From the NCBI GenBank assembly GCA_963666345.1, contig OY762721.1:2528001-2592000 (forward strand): 64,000 bases of DNA. Direction: 5' to 3'. The notes under the pieces were generated by a model. It was given only the letters and a program-made list of their open reading frames with translations, was not told where the DNA came from and made no database searches. This DNA comes from Desulfatiglandales bacterium (GTDB taxonomy: Bacteria > Desulfobacterota > DSM-4660 > Desulfatiglandales > Desulfatiglandaceae). The translations under genes were made by a program, and so were the position numbers. Every line of letters begins with the position of its first letter. The stretch's first letter is position 1. Positions 19,487 to 31,029 of this stretch are shown piece by piece.

Positions 19487-19572
19487 GCTTTCAGCCGTCA
19501 GCTATCTGCAAGTAACCAATAAGTTGATATTTCGAATGTTCCACTGACGGCTGAGAGCTGATTGCTGATAGC
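19487..19572. repeat. inverted repeat built from gctga(n)2 heptamer units
   Basis: gctttcagccgtcag (19487-19501) vs ctgacggctgagagc (19544-19558), 14/15 complementary, followed by tgattgctgatagc. Confidence 0.55.
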
Positions 19573-19874
19573 ATGAGTCGATAAATCTTGATTTATGGAT
19601 GAATCCAATTAAGGCCTTGAGCATACCTTAAATTGTTGCAACCTGTTTATTGGAAGGGCGGCATTATAGGGGAAAAACGAGTTTTTTATAGAAATTTGAA
19701 AAATTGTGCCTATAATATTCAGGGAAGCATTTAGGGTTGCGTTACAACTCTGCCATACCGTAAAAGCGCTTTGGAAAATTCCTATACCAAGGATCGCCAG
19801 GGGGAAGAATAAGCGGTAATTCAATCCTTCTGGCGATTTAAATTAATGCATAAGTTACCTGGAGGTTAAACAAA

Positions 19875-21716
19875 TTGAACCCATTTTATAAAAATCTTGC
19901 CCTGTGGCTTGTCATCAGTCTTATGATGGTAATGCTCTTCCAGATATTTAAACAACCCAGTACGGGAAGTATTCCTGTAAGTTACAGCGATTTTCTGAAC
20001 ATGGTTCAGGAGGAAAGCGTCAATCAGGTTGTTATCCAGGGCGACACCATAACAGGAATGTCGGCAAGGGGCCCCTTCAAGACCTACGCCCCTAAAGATC
20101 CCGAACTGATCAAACTTCTCACCAACAAGGGCGTTGAGATAACAGCCAAGCCTGAAGAGGATTCCTCCTGGTTTCAGGTCTTTTTGTCATGGGTACCGAT
20201 GCTCCTTTTGATAGGTGTATGGATTTTTTTCATGCGCCAGATGCAGGCGGGCGGAGGAAAGGCCATGTCTTTTGGAAAGAGCAGGGCCAGATTGATGTCC
20301 GATTCCCAGGAGAAGGTCACCTTTGATGATGTAGCCGGAATCGACGAGGCAAAGGAAGAACTGCAGGAAATAGTTGAGTTTCTACGGGACCCTAAGAAGT
20401 TTACCCGGCTTGGTGGAAGGATTCCAAAGGGTGTCCTTCTGGTCGGTTCGCCCGGAACAGGAAAAACCCTGCTTGCCAGGGCAATCGCGGGTGAGGCGGA
20501 CGTGCCTTTTTTCAGCATAAGCGGGTCCGATTTTGTCGAGATGTTCGTGGGAGTCGGGGCTTCAAGGGTCAGGGACCTCTTTGTCCAGGGGAAAAAGAGC
20601 GCCCCCTGTATCATATTTATAGATGAGATAGACGCTGTAGGAAGACACAGGGGCGCAGGCCTTGGGGGGGGGCATGACGAACGGGAGCAGACCCTGAACC
20701 AGTTGCTTGTGGAGATGGACGGCTTTGAATCCAACGAGGGGGTTATACTGATATCGGCTACCAACAGGCCTGATGTCCTTGACCCGGCGCTGTTAAGACC
20801 AGGAAGATTCGACCGGCAGGTAATGGTTCCGGTTCCCGACCTAAGGGGAAGGGAGGGCATACTAAAGGTCTATCTCAACAAAAAACTTGCCGCGGACAAT
20901 GTGGATGCGCATGTGCTTGCAAGGGGCACGCCGGGTTTTACAGGCGCCGACATAGAGAACATGGTAAATGAAGCGGCCCTTATGGCGGCAAGACGCGGCA
21001 AGGACCGTGTTGAAATGGAGGACTTCGAGGACGCCAAAGACAAGGTGCTCATGGGCGCCGAGCGGAGGAGCATGATAATTAGCGATGATGAGAAGAAGAT
21101 AACCGCCTATCATGAATCCGGCCACACCCTGGTTGCCAGGCTTCTTCCCGGTACGGACCCCATACACAAGGTCACGATCATACCGAGGGGAAGGGCACTT
21201 GGCCTGACCCAGCAGCTTCCGCTGGATGAAAAACACACATATCCGAAAGAGTATCTCCTGAACAATATCTCGATCCTTATGGGGGGAAGGGCGGCTGAGC
21301 AGATTATCCTCAACACGCAGACCACCGGAGCAGGAAATGACATTGAGCGGGCCTCCGACCTTGCCAGGAAAATGGTATGCGAATTTGGAATGAGTGATGA
21401 ATTGGGACCTCTTACCTTCGGGAAAAAGGATGAGCAGATTTTTCTGGGCCGCGAAATCTCTCAGCACAGGGACTACAGTGAGTCTACAGCCCAGAAGATC
21501 GATGCCGAGGTCAGGGGTATCATAACAAGGGCGTATGATGAAACATGCGGGCTGATAAGGGATAATCTGGATACTGTCCACCGGATGGCGCAGGCCCTTC
21601 TTGAAAAAGAGACCCTTGACAGCAAGGCCATTGATGAAATAATCGCAGGCGCGGGCAAGAGCGAGGTCAAAGAGTCGGAAAAGGAGACCGAAACGCCTGG
21701 TGACGGCTTGGCCTGA
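19875..21716 (+). CDS. ftsH: ATP-dependent zinc metalloprotease FtsH
   Basis: 2 [45 protein letters not shown] start after GGAGG. Confidence 0.98.
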   Translation: MNPFYKNLALWLVISLMMVMLFQIFKQPSTGSIPVSYSDFLNMVQEESVNQVVIQGDTITGMSARGPFKTYAPKDPELIKLLTNKGVEITAKPEEDSSWFQVFLSWVPMLLLIGVWIFFMRQMQAGGGKAMSFGKSRARLMSDSQEKVTFDDVAGIDEAKEELQEIVEFLRDPKKFTRLGGRIPKGVLLVGSPGTGKTLLARAIAGEADVPFFSISGSDFVEMFVGVGASRVRDLFVQGKKSAPCIIFIDEIDAVGRHRGAGLGGGHDEREQTLNQLLVEMDGFESNEGVILISATNRPDVLDPALLRPGRFDRQVMVPVPDLRGREGILKVYLNKKLAADNVDAHVLARGTPGFTGADIENMVNEAALMAARRGKDRVEMEDFEDAKDKVLMGAERRSMIISDDEKKITAYHESGHTLVARLLPGTDPIHKVTIIPRGRALGLTQQLPLDEKHTYPKEYLLNNISILMGGRAAEQIILNTQTTGAGNDIERASDLARKMVCEFGMSDELGPLTFGKKDEQIFLGREISQHRDYSESTAQKIDAEVRGIITRAYDETCGLIRDNLDTVHRMAQALLEKETLDSKAIDEIIAGAGKSEVKESEKETETPGDGLA

Positions 21717-21732
21717 CAGGAAACGATAAGCA

Positions 21733-22578
21733 ATGTCGAGCATCCTTGAATGGGCAGGTTACAGCCTGAATATCGGCAAACGAACCCATATAATGGGTAT
21801 CCTGAATGTCACACCTGATTCCTTTTCAGACGGGGGCCGCTATCTTGCGAAGGAAAAGGCGATAGCTCACGGCCTTGAGATGGCAGCCGACGGTGCGGAT
21901 ATTATCGACGTGGGGGGTGAATCAACAAGGCCCTACTCGGAAAAAGTTTCAGCATCGGAGGAGATCGACAGGGTTGTGCCTGTTATTGAGGCCCTGAAAA
22001 GGGATGTTTCTATTCCCATCAGCATAGATACTAGGAAATCGGAGGTGGCAAAAGAGGCGCTAAAGGCCGGGGCCTCCATGGTGAATGATGTAAGCGCGCT
22101 TACATTTGATCCTTTAATGGCAAGAACGGTATCAGAGGCGGAAGTCCCAGTGGTTCTGATGCATATGAAGGGCAGCCCCGAGACGATGCAGGATAAACCT
22201 GTATATGATGACCTTCTCGCGGAAATAATCGAATATCTTGAATCCGCAATCAAAAGGGCCTTGGATGCCGGAATCAGGGAAGATCTCACCATCGTGGATC
22301 CTGGAATAGGTTTTGCCAAGACCTTTGAGCACAACCTGAGACTAATAAACAGACTGTCCGAGTTAAGATGCCTTAACAGGCCAATACTGCTCGGTACCTC
22401 AAACAAGGCATTCATAGGCCACCTCCTTGACAAGGACGCTGCTGAAAGAGATACGGGCTCAATGGCCACGGTAGCCGCCGGCATAATGAGGGGGGCCGAC
22501 ATAGTCCGCGTACACGACGTTAAAAAGGCCCGGGATACTGTGATCATGATTGATGCCGTCATGAAGGAGAAGGCCTAG
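21733..22578 (+). CDS. folP: dihydropteroate synthase
   Basis: MGILNVTPDSFSDGG, DVGGESTRP, DPGIGFAK, VRVHDV. Confidence 0.97.
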   Translation: MSSILEWAGYSLNIGKRTHIMGILNVTPDSFSDGGRYLAKEKAIAHGLEMAADGADIIDVGGESTRPYSEKVSASEEIDRVVPVIEALKRDVSIPISIDTRKSEVAKEALKAGASMVNDVSALTFDPLMARTVSEAEVPVVLMHMKGSPETMQDKPVYDDLLAEIIEYLESAIKRALDAGIREDLTIVDPGIGFAKTFEHNLRLINRLSELRCLNRPILLGTSNKAFIGHLLDKDAAERDTGSMATVAAGIMRGADIVRVHDVKKARDTVIMIDAVMKEKA

Positions 22579-22613
22579 AACAATAAATCTCGGCTCTTTT
22601 ATGAGGAAGTCTT

Positions 22614-23381
22614 ATGCTTTTCTGTGTGGATATAGGCAACACTAACATAGTGCTTGGTGTTTCGGACGATGAAAAGGTGGTTGAGTACTGGAGGATAAGG
22701 ACCGATAAGAGGACAACCGAAGATGAGCTGGCGATCCTTGTGTCCAGCCTCCTGGATTCGGCGGACATAAAAACAGATGATATCAGTGATGTGATAATAT
22801 CCTGCGTGGTCCCTCCCCTTTTGAACACATTTGAAAAGTATTGCCGCAGGTATCTGGGCCTGGTTCCGATGATAGTGGGACCTGAACTTGATGTTGGTAT
22901 GCCGATCAGATATGAAAACCGTAAGGAAGTGGGGGCGGACCGCATCGTAAATTCGGTGGCGGCCTACGAAAAATATGGGTCAGCCCTGATCGTCGTTGAT
23001 TTCGGCACCGCTACAACCTTTGATTTTGTCTCCGGCAGGGGAGAATATATGGGAGGAGCGATCGCGCCCGGGATATCGATATCGTGCGAAGCTCTTTTCC
23101 AAAGCGCCTCCAAACTACCCAGGGTGGATTTTTCAACCCCCCCCAAGGAGGTCATAGCAAAGGAGACCTCCAGAAGTATGGCTGCGGGTATCGTCTTCGG
23201 TTATGCCGGTCTGGTCGACGGAATAGTGGAGCGCATGAAAAAGGAGTCCGGGGACAGCCCCAGGGTCATAGCCACAGGCGGGCTGGCCTCTGTCATCTGC
23301 GGAGTTTCGAACACGATAGAACTCGTTGAGGAGAATCTGACCCTCAACGGCCTGATGATTATCTTCAACCGGAACAAGTAA
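22614..23381 (+). CDS. coaX: type III pantothenate kinase
   Basis: [30 protein letters not shown]. Confidence 0.95.
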   Translation: MLFCVDIGNTNIVLGVSDDEKVVEYWRIRTDKRTTEDELAILVSSLLDSADIKTDDISDVIISCVVPPLLNTFEKYCRRYLGLVPMIVGPELDVGMPIRYENRKEVGADRIVNSVAAYEKYGSALIVVDFGTATTFDFVSGRGEYMGGAIAPGISISCEALFQSASKLPRVDFSTPPKEVIAKETSRSMAAGIVFGYAGLVDGIVERMKKESGDSPRVIATGGLASVICGVSNTIELVEENLTLNGLMIIFNRNK

Positions 23382-23465
23382 CGGCCCTTCCCAGCGGTGT
23401 CTGTCTTTATCTGAAAAGTCTCAAAGCCGGTCATTCATAAGCGTGGACAAACGGGTCACAATATT

Positions 23466-24389
23466 ATGGAAAGATTACCTCTTATGATACCTCGGATGCT
23501 TGAAAAGGGTGACAGGGTTGGAGTAATCTCCCCTTCCGGACCTGTCCATGAGTCTGAACTTGAGCAGGGGCTCGATATGCTGAAGTCTTCAGGCTATGAA
23601 GTTGTCCTTGGATCAGGTGTCTATCTGCGGCATGGATACATGGCAGGAGAAGACGGCCTCAGGTTGGCCGATTTTCACGACATGTTTGCAGACCCTGAAA
23701 TAAAAGCCGTTTTCTGCAGTCGCGGCGGATATGGGGCGATGCGGCTGCTGAGGAATATCGATTATGAACTGGTCAGGAATAATCCCAAGTTATTTATAGG
23801 GTACAGTGACATTACCGCCCTTCACATGGCACTGCATCTGCGTACCGGTCTTGTATCTTTTCACGGGCCCGTTGTAAGGGGATTTCATGAAAATAAGGGG
23901 GCCAATTTTAAAAAAATGATTGAGGTTGTCTCCAACCCTCAGCCTCAGCCGCTGTCACTTAAAATGGGATCCGTCCTTGCCGCAGGCAAGGCGAAGGGAC
24001 CCTTGATGGGAGGAAATCTCAGCGTGATCTGCAGCCTTCTCGGAACCCCGTATCTTCCCTCTTTCAAGGGGAGTGTTTTTTTTATGGAAGACAGGGGAGA
24101 GCAGCCTTACCGCGTGGACAGGATGTTGACCCAGCTTCTGATGAGCGGGAAGATCGATGATATAAGCTGCCTTTTATTGGGCGAATTCAGGGAATGCGGC
24201 GAAGATGAAGCGATTGCAGATCTGATGAAAGAAAGGCTGGCAGGGCTGGGGATTCCTGTAATCAAAGGTCTTCCCGTGGGTCATGGGGCAAATAACCTTG
24301 CACTGCCTATAGGCGTCAACGTTGAAATCGACAGCAGCAGCATGGCCCTTTCGTTTATACAGAAACCTGTTTCAAACAGGCCGGATTAA
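23466..24389 (+). CDS. ldcA: LD-carboxypeptidase (peptidase S66)
   Basis: RGGYG, GYSDIT nucleophile, GGNLS, ED, PVGH. Confidence 0.92.
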   Translation: MERLPLMIPRMLEKGDRVGVISPSGPVHESELEQGLDMLKSSGYEVVLGSGVYLRHGYMAGEDGLRLADFHDMFADPEIKAVFCSRGGYGAMRLLRNIDYELVRNNPKLFIGYSDITALHMALHLRTGLVSFHGPVVRGFHENKGANFKKMIEVVSNPQPQPLSLKMGSVLAAGKAKGPLMGGNLSVICSLLGTPYLPSFKGSVFFMEDRGEQPYRVDRMLTQLLMSGKIDDISCLLLGEFRECGEDEAIADLMKERLAGLGIPVIKGLPVGHGANNLALPIGVNVEIDSSSMALSFIQKPVSNRPD

Positions 24390-24502
24390 CGTGGAAGGGC
24401 TGATTCTTAAATACAACCTTGATCCCCCGGGTCCCTGGACCCTCTTCTGCAATCAAGTTGGAGAAGAACCAAATATTTAAGAAAGAGTGTGATCTTGTTT
24501 TT

Positions 24503-27500
24503 ATGACTCATCCTTTAGATAACCATATCGCCACCCTTGAAAACAGAATAAAAAAAGGCGACAGGAGTGTAAAAGTTGCAGGTATTTCAGGCGCGGCCCT
24601 TTCCTATTTTTTTTCAAGATTTTTAAAGCAACTTGAAAATCCCTGTGTAGTGGTTCTTCCGAAAAGAAAGGATGCCGAGTTGTTACTCAGAGAACTCGGT
24701 TTTTTTTCCGCCATTAACGGACAAGGACACCGTAACGGCTGTCAGGGTATGTACGAGTATCCGCCATATGACATGACCCCCCTTACAGGGCTAAGCCCGC
24801 ATATGGAGGTGATTTCAAGGCGACTTGAAGCGCTTTATGCCCTGATGACCGAAAAACGGCCTGTAATTGTTACCTCGGTCGAGGCCGTTTCATTTAAGAC
24901 TCTTCCCAAATCGTCGCTTGCCGCATCTCTTGAATATCTTGAGGTAGGAGAAGATGTGGAAAGGGATGATTTATTGAAAAGGCTTGAAGACATGGGGTAT
25001 CAGCGCAGCTCACTTGTCGAGGCAAGAGGGGATTATTCGGTCAGAGGAGGAGTAATAGACCTTTTCCCTCCGCTTTATGATCTGCCGTTGCGCATAGAGT
25101 TCTGGGGTGACCATGTCGAATCCATACGTGCCTTTGATGCCCTGAGCCAGAGATCACAGGAAGATGTGAAAGAGATCTCGATTCTGCCTTCTTCAGAGAT
25201 AATTCGGGGAGAAGAAAATATAAAGAGGGCAAGGTCCATGGGAAGGCTTCCGGTTGAAGGTGAATTCGGCAGGGGTTTTCCAGGGCAGGAAGCGTGGATG
25301 AATCATTTTTATCCCTGCCTTGATTCCCTTTTTGACTATATCCCGGATAACGGAGTATTAGCCCTTTTTGAACCGCATCGATTTGAAGCTGTCTCAAAAG
25401 GGATTGAAAAGAAATTCGATGAAGACCTGGAAAGATTTCGAAAAGAATCGAGCACAAAGGGAAAACCCTTTCCTGTTGCTGAAGGGTGCCTGATCGGTTC
25501 AGCGGAAATGTCAGCATACCTGCAGGGAATTCAGCGGCTCGAGTTCTCGCAGCTGGGTTTGACGCCCGAATCAGAAGATATTCCCGGGATTTCGATAAAG
25601 GGCAACTTTTCATCCTTTGAGACCCTCGATATCGCTATCGCAGGCAAGGGCAGAATCTCTCTTGCTCCGCTTGCCGAAAAAGTTTCAACCTGGGTCGGTT
25701 CAGGTGCCAGGGTAGTGATTGTCAGCAGGACGATGCAGCAGGCAAATCGTATAGGAGAAATACTTGAAAACTATGATGTGAGAGTGGATGAGACGGTGCA
25801 AAACTGGTCCCGGGTATCAGGTGGAGCAGGAATAACTGTTTGCCTGGGAAGACTTTCAAAGGGATTCACCTGGCCCGATATAGGGCTCTATATAATTAGT
25901 GAAGATGAGATCTTCGGTCCGAAGAGCAGTTCGAGACCCAGAAAAAGGAGGGCGAGTGAGAATGTCGTTTCCTGGTCCTCTTTCAGTCAGCTCAGGAATG
26001 GTGATTTTGTGGTTCACGAGGATCATGGAATCGGCCGGTACGGCGGACTGATCAAGATGGAGGTGGAAAACAAGGCGAATGATTTTGTGATTATCGAGTA
26101 TGCAGACAGAGACAGACTATATGTCCCTGCGGATCGATTGAGCATCCTTCAAAAATATGCAGGCGCAGACGAAGGCGATCCCAGGGTTGATCTTCTGGGA
26201 GGGCGTTCATGGAAAGTCGCCAAACAGAAGGCCAGAAAATCCGTCAAGAGGATTGCAAAGCAGCTTGTTGAGATATACGCGCTCAGGAAATATAGGAGCG
26301 GGTTCTCTTTTTCTCCCCCCGACGGCTATTTCAGGGAGTTTGAGGCGACTTTCGCTTATGAGGAAACAAACGACCAGCTAAAGGCGATTGATGACGTGCT
26401 TGAGGATATGTCTTCCGAGCGCCCCATGGATCGTCTGATATGCGGGGATGTGGGATTCGGAAAGACGGAGGTGGCGCTAAGGGCGGCATTTAAGGCCGTG
26501 TCCGACGGAAAGCAGGTGGCCATCCTTGTCCCCACAACCGTGCTGGCGGAACAGCACTATGAGACTTTCAGGAGTAGGATGGCCCCGTTTTCCGTTCGTG
26601 TCGGCCTGATGAGTCGATTCAGGGCGAGAAAGGATCAGTCTGAAGTCGCTGGAAAGGTCAGGGCTGGAAAGATAGATGTCCTGGTCGGAACACACAGGAT
26701 ACTTCAAAAAGATGTCGGCTTCAGGGACCTTGGGCTTCTGATAATAGATGAAGAGCAGAGATTCGGGGTAAAGCAAAAGGAGTTGCTCAAAAAGTACCGG
26801 TCCCTTGTTGATGTCCTTGCAATAACCGCTACTCCTGTGCCTAGGACGCTTCATTTGTCCATGATGGGGGTTCGTGACATCAGCATTATAGAGACCCCTC
26901 CTGAAGACAGGCAGGCAGTAGAAACCTATCTGTCTCCTTATGACGATGCCCTTGTAATCCGTTCAATACAGACGGAGCTTGAAAGAAATGGCCAGGTGTT
27001 TTTTGTTCACAACAGGGTCAAGGACATAGGGGCGGTTGCGGATCATTTGAGGGAATTGATGCCGGATGTCAGATTTGCCGTAGCCCACGGGCAGATGAAG
27101 GAAAAGGATCTCGAGAAGACGATGATGCATTTTCTCGAAAAACAGATCGATGTGCTCGTATGCACCACCATAATAGAGTCAGGGCTGGATATCCCCTCAG
27201 CCAATACCATAATAATCGACCGGGTTGAACGCCTGGGTCTTGCCCAGATATACCAGTTAAGAGGAAGGGTTGGCAGGTCAAAGGAAAAGGCATATGCCTA
27301 TCTGCTGCTGTCTGTCGGTTCCACCCTGACAAAGGACGCTGAAAAAAGGCTGAGGGCGCTCATGGATTTTTCACATCTTGGCGCCGGTCTTCATCTTGCC
27401 ATGCATGACCTCAAAATCAGGGGAGGAGGAAATATCCTGGGATTTGCTCAATCTGGTCACATCTCAGCCGTAGGGTATGAAATGTATCTTAAATTTATTG

Positions 27501-27985
27501 AACGTGCCGTTTCCGAATTAAAGGGAGAGGAGCGGTATGAGCATATTGATCCTGAAATAAATGCTGATATAGCGGCCTTTTTGCCTGAGGATTATATAAT
27601 TGATACTGATGTCAGGCTCAATATCTACAGGCGGCTTTCAACGCTAAGAGAAAAAATCGAACTTGAAACCATCTCCAGGGAGATCAGGGACCGTTTCGGG
27701 ATCCTGCCTGAGGAGGCGGAGAACCTCCTGGCCCTTATGGCCCTCAGATTGATGTTGAGGGACCTTGGTATAAGAAGGCTGGATATAGGCAGGAATTCTT
27801 TTGTGCTGACTTTTTCGGAAGATGGAAGGGTCAAACCTGATAAGCTGGTTGAGGCAGTGGCCGGTAAACCTAACGGATATAGATTCATATCTCAGAACAG
27901 ATTAAAGATCTCCATGGTCCGTTTATCTCTTCCCGGTGACCTTCGGAGAATAGAAGAATCGATTAATTCCCTTAATCTTCAATAG
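24503..27985 (+). CDS. mfd: transcription-repair coupling factor
   Basis: VRGGVIDLFP, VVHEDHGIGRY, CGDVGFGKTEVA, DEEQRFG, QLRGRVGR; start set at ATG 24503. Confidence 0.97.
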   Translation: MTHPLDNHIATLENRIKKGDRSVKVAGISGAALSYFFSRFLKQLENPCVVVLPKRKDAELLLRELGFFSAINGQGHRNGCQGMYEYPPYDMTPLTGLSPHMEVISRRLEALYALMTEKRPVIVTSVEAVSFKTLPKSSLAASLEYLEVGEDVERDDLLKRLEDMGYQRSSLVEARGDYSVRGGVIDLFPPLYDLPLRIEFWGDHVESIRAFDALSQRSQEDVKEISILPSSEIIRGEENIKRARSMGRLPVEGEFGRGFPGQEAWMNHFYPCLDSLFDYIPDNGVLALFEPHRFEAVSKGIEKKFDEDLERFRKESSTKGKPFPVAEGCLIGSAEMSAYLQGIQRLEFSQLGLTPESEDIPGISIKGNFSSFETLDIAIAGKGRISLAPLAEKVSTWVGSGARVVIVSRTMQQANRIGEILENYDVRVDETVQNWSRVSGGAGITVCLGRLSKGFTWPDIGLYIISEDEIFGPKSSSRPRKRRASENVVSWSSFSQLRNGDFVVHEDHGIGRYGGLIKMEVENKANDFVIIEYADRDRLYVPADRLSILQKYAGADEGDPRVDLLGGRSWKVAKQKARKSVKRIAKQLVEIYALRKYRSGFSFSPPDGYFREFEATFAYEETNDQLKAIDDVLEDMSSERPMDRLICGDVGFGKTEVALRAAFKAVSDGKQVAILVPTTVLAEQHYETFRSRMAPFSVRVGLMSRFRARKDQSEVAGKVRAGKIDVLVGTHRILQKDVGFRDLGLLIIDEEQRFGVKQKELLKKYRSLVDVLAITATPVPRTLHLSMMGVRDISIIETPPEDRQAVETYLSPYDDALVIRSIQTELERNGQVFFVHNRVKDIGAVADHLRELMPDVRFAVAHGQMKEKDLEKTMMHFLEKQIDVLVCTTIIESGLDIPSANTIIIDRVERLGLAQIYQLRGRVGRSKEKAYAYLLLSVGSTLTKDAEKRLRALMDFSHLGAGLHLAMHDLKIRGGGNILGFAQSGHISAVGYEMYLKFIERAVSELKGEERYEHIDPEINADIAAFLPEDYIIDTDVRLNIYRRLSTLREKIELETISREIRDRFGILPEEAENLLALMALRLMLRDLGIRRLDIGRNSFVLTFSEDGRVKPDKLVEAVAGKPNGYRFISQNRLKISMVRLSLPGDLRRIEESINSLNLQ

Positions 27986-28108
27986 ATTTTTGAGATCAGT
28001 CAAAAAGGCTCCCTGAAAAAATCTGCTTGCAATTTCCATCATTACTGGTAGTTTTATCAATTTAGGATTTTCTTGTTTTTAATTGAAATATTCCAGATAT
28101 ATTGAAAA

Positions 28109-29083
28109 ATGTACCTTCATGCGCCTCATAACGTGTCTTTTCTCTTGATCTCGAAGATCTTTGCGGGTGCACTATGTTTGCTTTTGATGACAGGCACAGG
28201 TTGCAGTCCGCAGGAGGGCGCGGAAGGCAGTGTGGCCCTTGAAGTGGGATCGAGAAGGATCCATCTGGGGGAGCTTAAAAAGGATATCTTATTCATAAGC
28301 GCCGGCGCCTGTTCGACAACAGGCATGGACGGTAAAATCCGGGAAAGGATCCTGAACCTGATAATTGAACATTATCTGGTGCTTGAATATGGAGACAGGA
28401 AGGGAATCCGCATAGATGAAAGGGAAATGCGGGACCTGTTGGATACCATTATGCTCGGCTATACAGCGGAATCCTTTAAAGAGGTGATGCTCAGAAATTG
28501 CGTTGACCGCGAAGAGTGGGAAGACAAGATAAGGGAAAAACTCCTCGTAGAAAAGGTCATTGAAGGGGTAACCGGAAATATCACCCCCCCCAGTTATAAC
28601 GAAATCAAGCGATATTTTGATGCTAATTGTGAGGAATTCAGATATCCGAGCATGGTCAGATTAAGACAGATATTAACGTCCACGGAAAAAGAGGCTGAAA
28701 AACTCCTGGATAGGATCAAAAACGGCGAAGGACTGGGAGAGCTTGCCAGATCGCATTCCATCGCACCTGAAGCGGAACGTGGGGGTGAAGTCGGATGGAT
28801 CGAAAGGGGCACACTGCCTGAAAAGATCGAGAATATGGTTTTTTCCATGAAGATCGGTGAAGTAAGCCGTGTGTTCAAAAGTGAATACGGTTATCACCTG
28901 TTTGAGGTGACCGGCTTTAAAGAGGCCGGCAGCAGGACGCTTTACGAGGTGATAGATGAAATAGAGAGGAGGCTTACGTCTGAGAGGCGTATCCAATTCT
29001 GCAGGGAATGGATCAAGGAACTGAGAGACAGTTATAGGGTGAAGGTTAACGGAGAGACCTTGAGAAGACTGGAGTTTTCATAA
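28109..29083 (+). CDS. parvulin-type peptidyl-prolyl isomerase, probable lipoprotein
   Basis: LARSHS, GGEVGW, SEYGYHLF PpiC motifs; GTGC lipobox. Confidence 0.85.
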   Translation: MYLHAPHNVSFLLISKIFAGALCLLLMTGTGCSPQEGAEGSVALEVGSRRIHLGELKKDILFISAGACSTTGMDGKIRERILNLIIEHYLVLEYGDRKGIRIDEREMRDLLDTIMLGYTAESFKEVMLRNCVDREEWEDKIREKLLVEKVIEGVTGNITPPSYNEIKRYFDANCEEFRYPSMVRLRQILTSTEKEAEKLLDRIKNGEGLGELARSHSIAPEAERGGEVGWIERGTLPEKIENMVFSMKIGEVSRVFKSEYGYHLFEVTGFKEAGSRTLYEVIDEIERRLTSERRIQFCREWIKELRDSYRVKVNGETLRRLEFS

Positions 29084-29084
29084 A

Positions 29085-30059
29085 ATGAAGCCATCAAGAT
29101 CGTTTTTGCATCTGTTATGCATATTGTTTATCCCCTTTTTCACTATGCCTTCTGTATCGGCCGAGGTGTGCAACAGGGTCGTCGCATTCGTAAACGGTGA
29201 TGTCGTAACGCTATACGAACTTAACCGCAGGATTAAACTGGCAACCGGAATCGAACCTTTTCAGATGAAGACGGAGGATAACGACGCCTATATCGAGACA
29301 CGCCGGAATGCCCTCGATCAGCTTATAGACGAAAAGATTGCCAAAGAGAAGACAAAAGAGCTGGGCATAGAGATATCGGAGAAGGAACTTGATGAAACAA
29401 TAGAAAGGATCAAAAAACAAAATTCTCTTACCCATGAGGACCTTCTTGAAGATCTCAGGAAAGAGGGCCTTACCATCAAAAAATACAGGCAAAACCTCAG
29501 GTCTGAAATCGAAAGGATGCGGCTTATAAACCGGGAGGTCAAGTCAAAGATAATTATCAGGGAGGAAAACGTATCCGACTACTATGACAGGCATAAATCC
29601 GATTTTTCAAAGGCCGAGAGGTTGCGCCTGGCTGCAATCTTCCTGAAGGCCAAGGGTCCATCCAGTGCAAATGGACCGGAAAACATGGAAGATAAGGTAC
29701 GGGAAATCTTAAGGCTGCTTGAACAGGGAATGGACTTCACGGCCTTAGCAATAAGGTTTTCCCAGGGTCCTGGTGCTGAAGAGGGAGGGGATCTCGGATA
29801 TTTCAAGTCTTCGCAACTCGATGGGCCGCTTACGGAAGTATTAGGCCGGATGAAGCCTGGAGAGGTGAGTGAACCAATAATGAGACCTTATGGAGTCCAG
29901 ATAATAAAATTATTGGAGAGGGAGTCGGGAACGGTCAAGCCTTTTAAAGAGGTGCGGGATGCCATCTACAGTATCCTTTACAAAGAAGAGGTCAACAAGA
30001 GATATCTGGCATGGATAAAGGAGCTGAGGGAAAAGGCCTATATAAAAATAATTTTCTGA
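29085..30059 (+). CDS. surA: SurA-like periplasmic chaperone/PPIase
   Basis: NRVVAFVNGDVVT SurA N-domain, GGDLGYF parvulin domain. Confidence 0.82.
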   Translation: MKPSRSFLHLLCILFIPFFTMPSVSAEVCNRVVAFVNGDVVTLYELNRRIKLATGIEPFQMKTEDNDAYIETRRNALDQLIDEKIAKEKTKELGIEISEKELDETIERIKKQNSLTHEDLLEDLRKEGLTIKKYRQNLRSEIERMRLINREVKSKIIIREENVSDYYDRHKSDFSKAERLRLAAIFLKAKGPSSANGPENMEDKVREILRLLEQGMDFTALAIRFSQGPGAEEGGDLGYFKSSQLDGPLTEVLGRMKPGEVSEPIMRPYGVQIIKLLERESGTVKPFKEVRDAIYSILYKEEVNKRYLAWIKELREKAYIKIIF

Positions 30060-30074
30060 TGGAAAATTCGCCTA

Positions 30075-31028
30075 ATGACCGAAAGAGATAGCCAAGCGGA
30101 CAATGAAAACGGGGAAAAGGAATTCCCCTCAGACAGCGGTATCGGGCTTCTTTTTAAAAAAAGGAGAGAAGAGCTGGGGCTGAGCCATGACCAGATCTCA
30201 GAGATGACCAGACTGAGGCCCCGTTTCCTTGCATGTATTGAAAAGGAGGAATGGGAGGGCCTTCCTTCGCCGGCTTTTGTGCCGGGTTTTATAAGGACTT
30301 ATGCTAGGGCCATAGGAATAGACGAGGATAGGGCTGTGGGACTCTATCAGGAGACCCCCACAGTGGAACTCAATCCTCTTAAACCACTTATAATGCCCGG
30401 AAGGAAAAGAAAAGGAAAATATCTTTTCGTCCTTTTATTAGCGGGGATAATAGCCTTTTCCTATTACTTCTGGAAAGAATACGATCACTCTTCCAAAAAT
30501 GTATCGAAACTGCCCGAAAAAGCGGTGGACCTGTCTTCAGAGATGAAAAGGGAGATTGGGATAACTGAAAATGAGGAAAGTCAGGTTAAGGGTGAATTGG
30601 TTGAAGAGAAAAAGCCTCCGGTTGTTAAAGAAATTAGTGATGAATCCGTACCAAAACCGCCGGAAGATATAATAGGGGCGGAAGCGGTCTCAGGACCTGA
30701 TGAACCCGCTCAGACTGAAAAGGACGTCATACCCCCTGAAGATACTGCAAAAGAGAAAGAGGGACAAAAATTCCTTCTCAAGGCAGATGTCAAGGAAAGG
30801 ACATGGGTTAAAATAAGGATAGATGGCCGTGAGCCGAAGGAGTATGTCTTTTCACCCGGGAGCCAGCCCGAATGGGAGGCAAAAGAAGGTTTTGAGCTGT
30901 TGATAGGCAATGCGGGGGGGCTTGATTTCATGCTCAACGGGGAGGAGATGAAAGATCTGGGGAATCCCGGTCAGGTGATAAGGTTGAAGTTCCCGGAAGA
31001 TTTTGAAAGGAGGGGTACAGATAATTAA
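30075..31028 (+). CDS. rodZ: cytoskeleton protein RodZ
   Basis: N-terminal HTH (GFIRTYAR), single TM, C-terminal DUF4115 (TWVKI, IGNAGG). Confidence 0.85.
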   Translation: MTERDSQADNENGEKEFPSDSGIGLLFKKRREELGLSHDQISEMTRLRPRFLACIEKEEWEGLPSPAFVPGFIRTYARAIGIDEDRAVGLYQETPTVELNPLKPLIMPGRKRKGKYLFVLLLAGIIAFSYYFWKEYDHSSKNVSKLPEKAVDLSSEMKREIGITENEESQVKGELVEEKKPPVVKEISDESVPKPPEDIIGAEAVSGPDEPAQTEKDVIPPEDTAKEKEGQKFLLKADVKERTWVKIRIDGREPKEYVFSPGSQPEWEAKEGFELLIGNAGGLDFMLNGEEMKDLGNPGQVIRLKFPEDFERRGTDN

Positions 31029-31029
31029 A

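Noticed and set aside
20664..20672. G9 tract in ftsH
   Set aside because: Encodes the conserved LGGGHDE motif of a core gene; phase variation implausible
20174..21743. Long antisense ORFs (228 and 293 aa) opposite ftsH
   Set aside because: Shadow frames of a conserved gene; no motifs or SD
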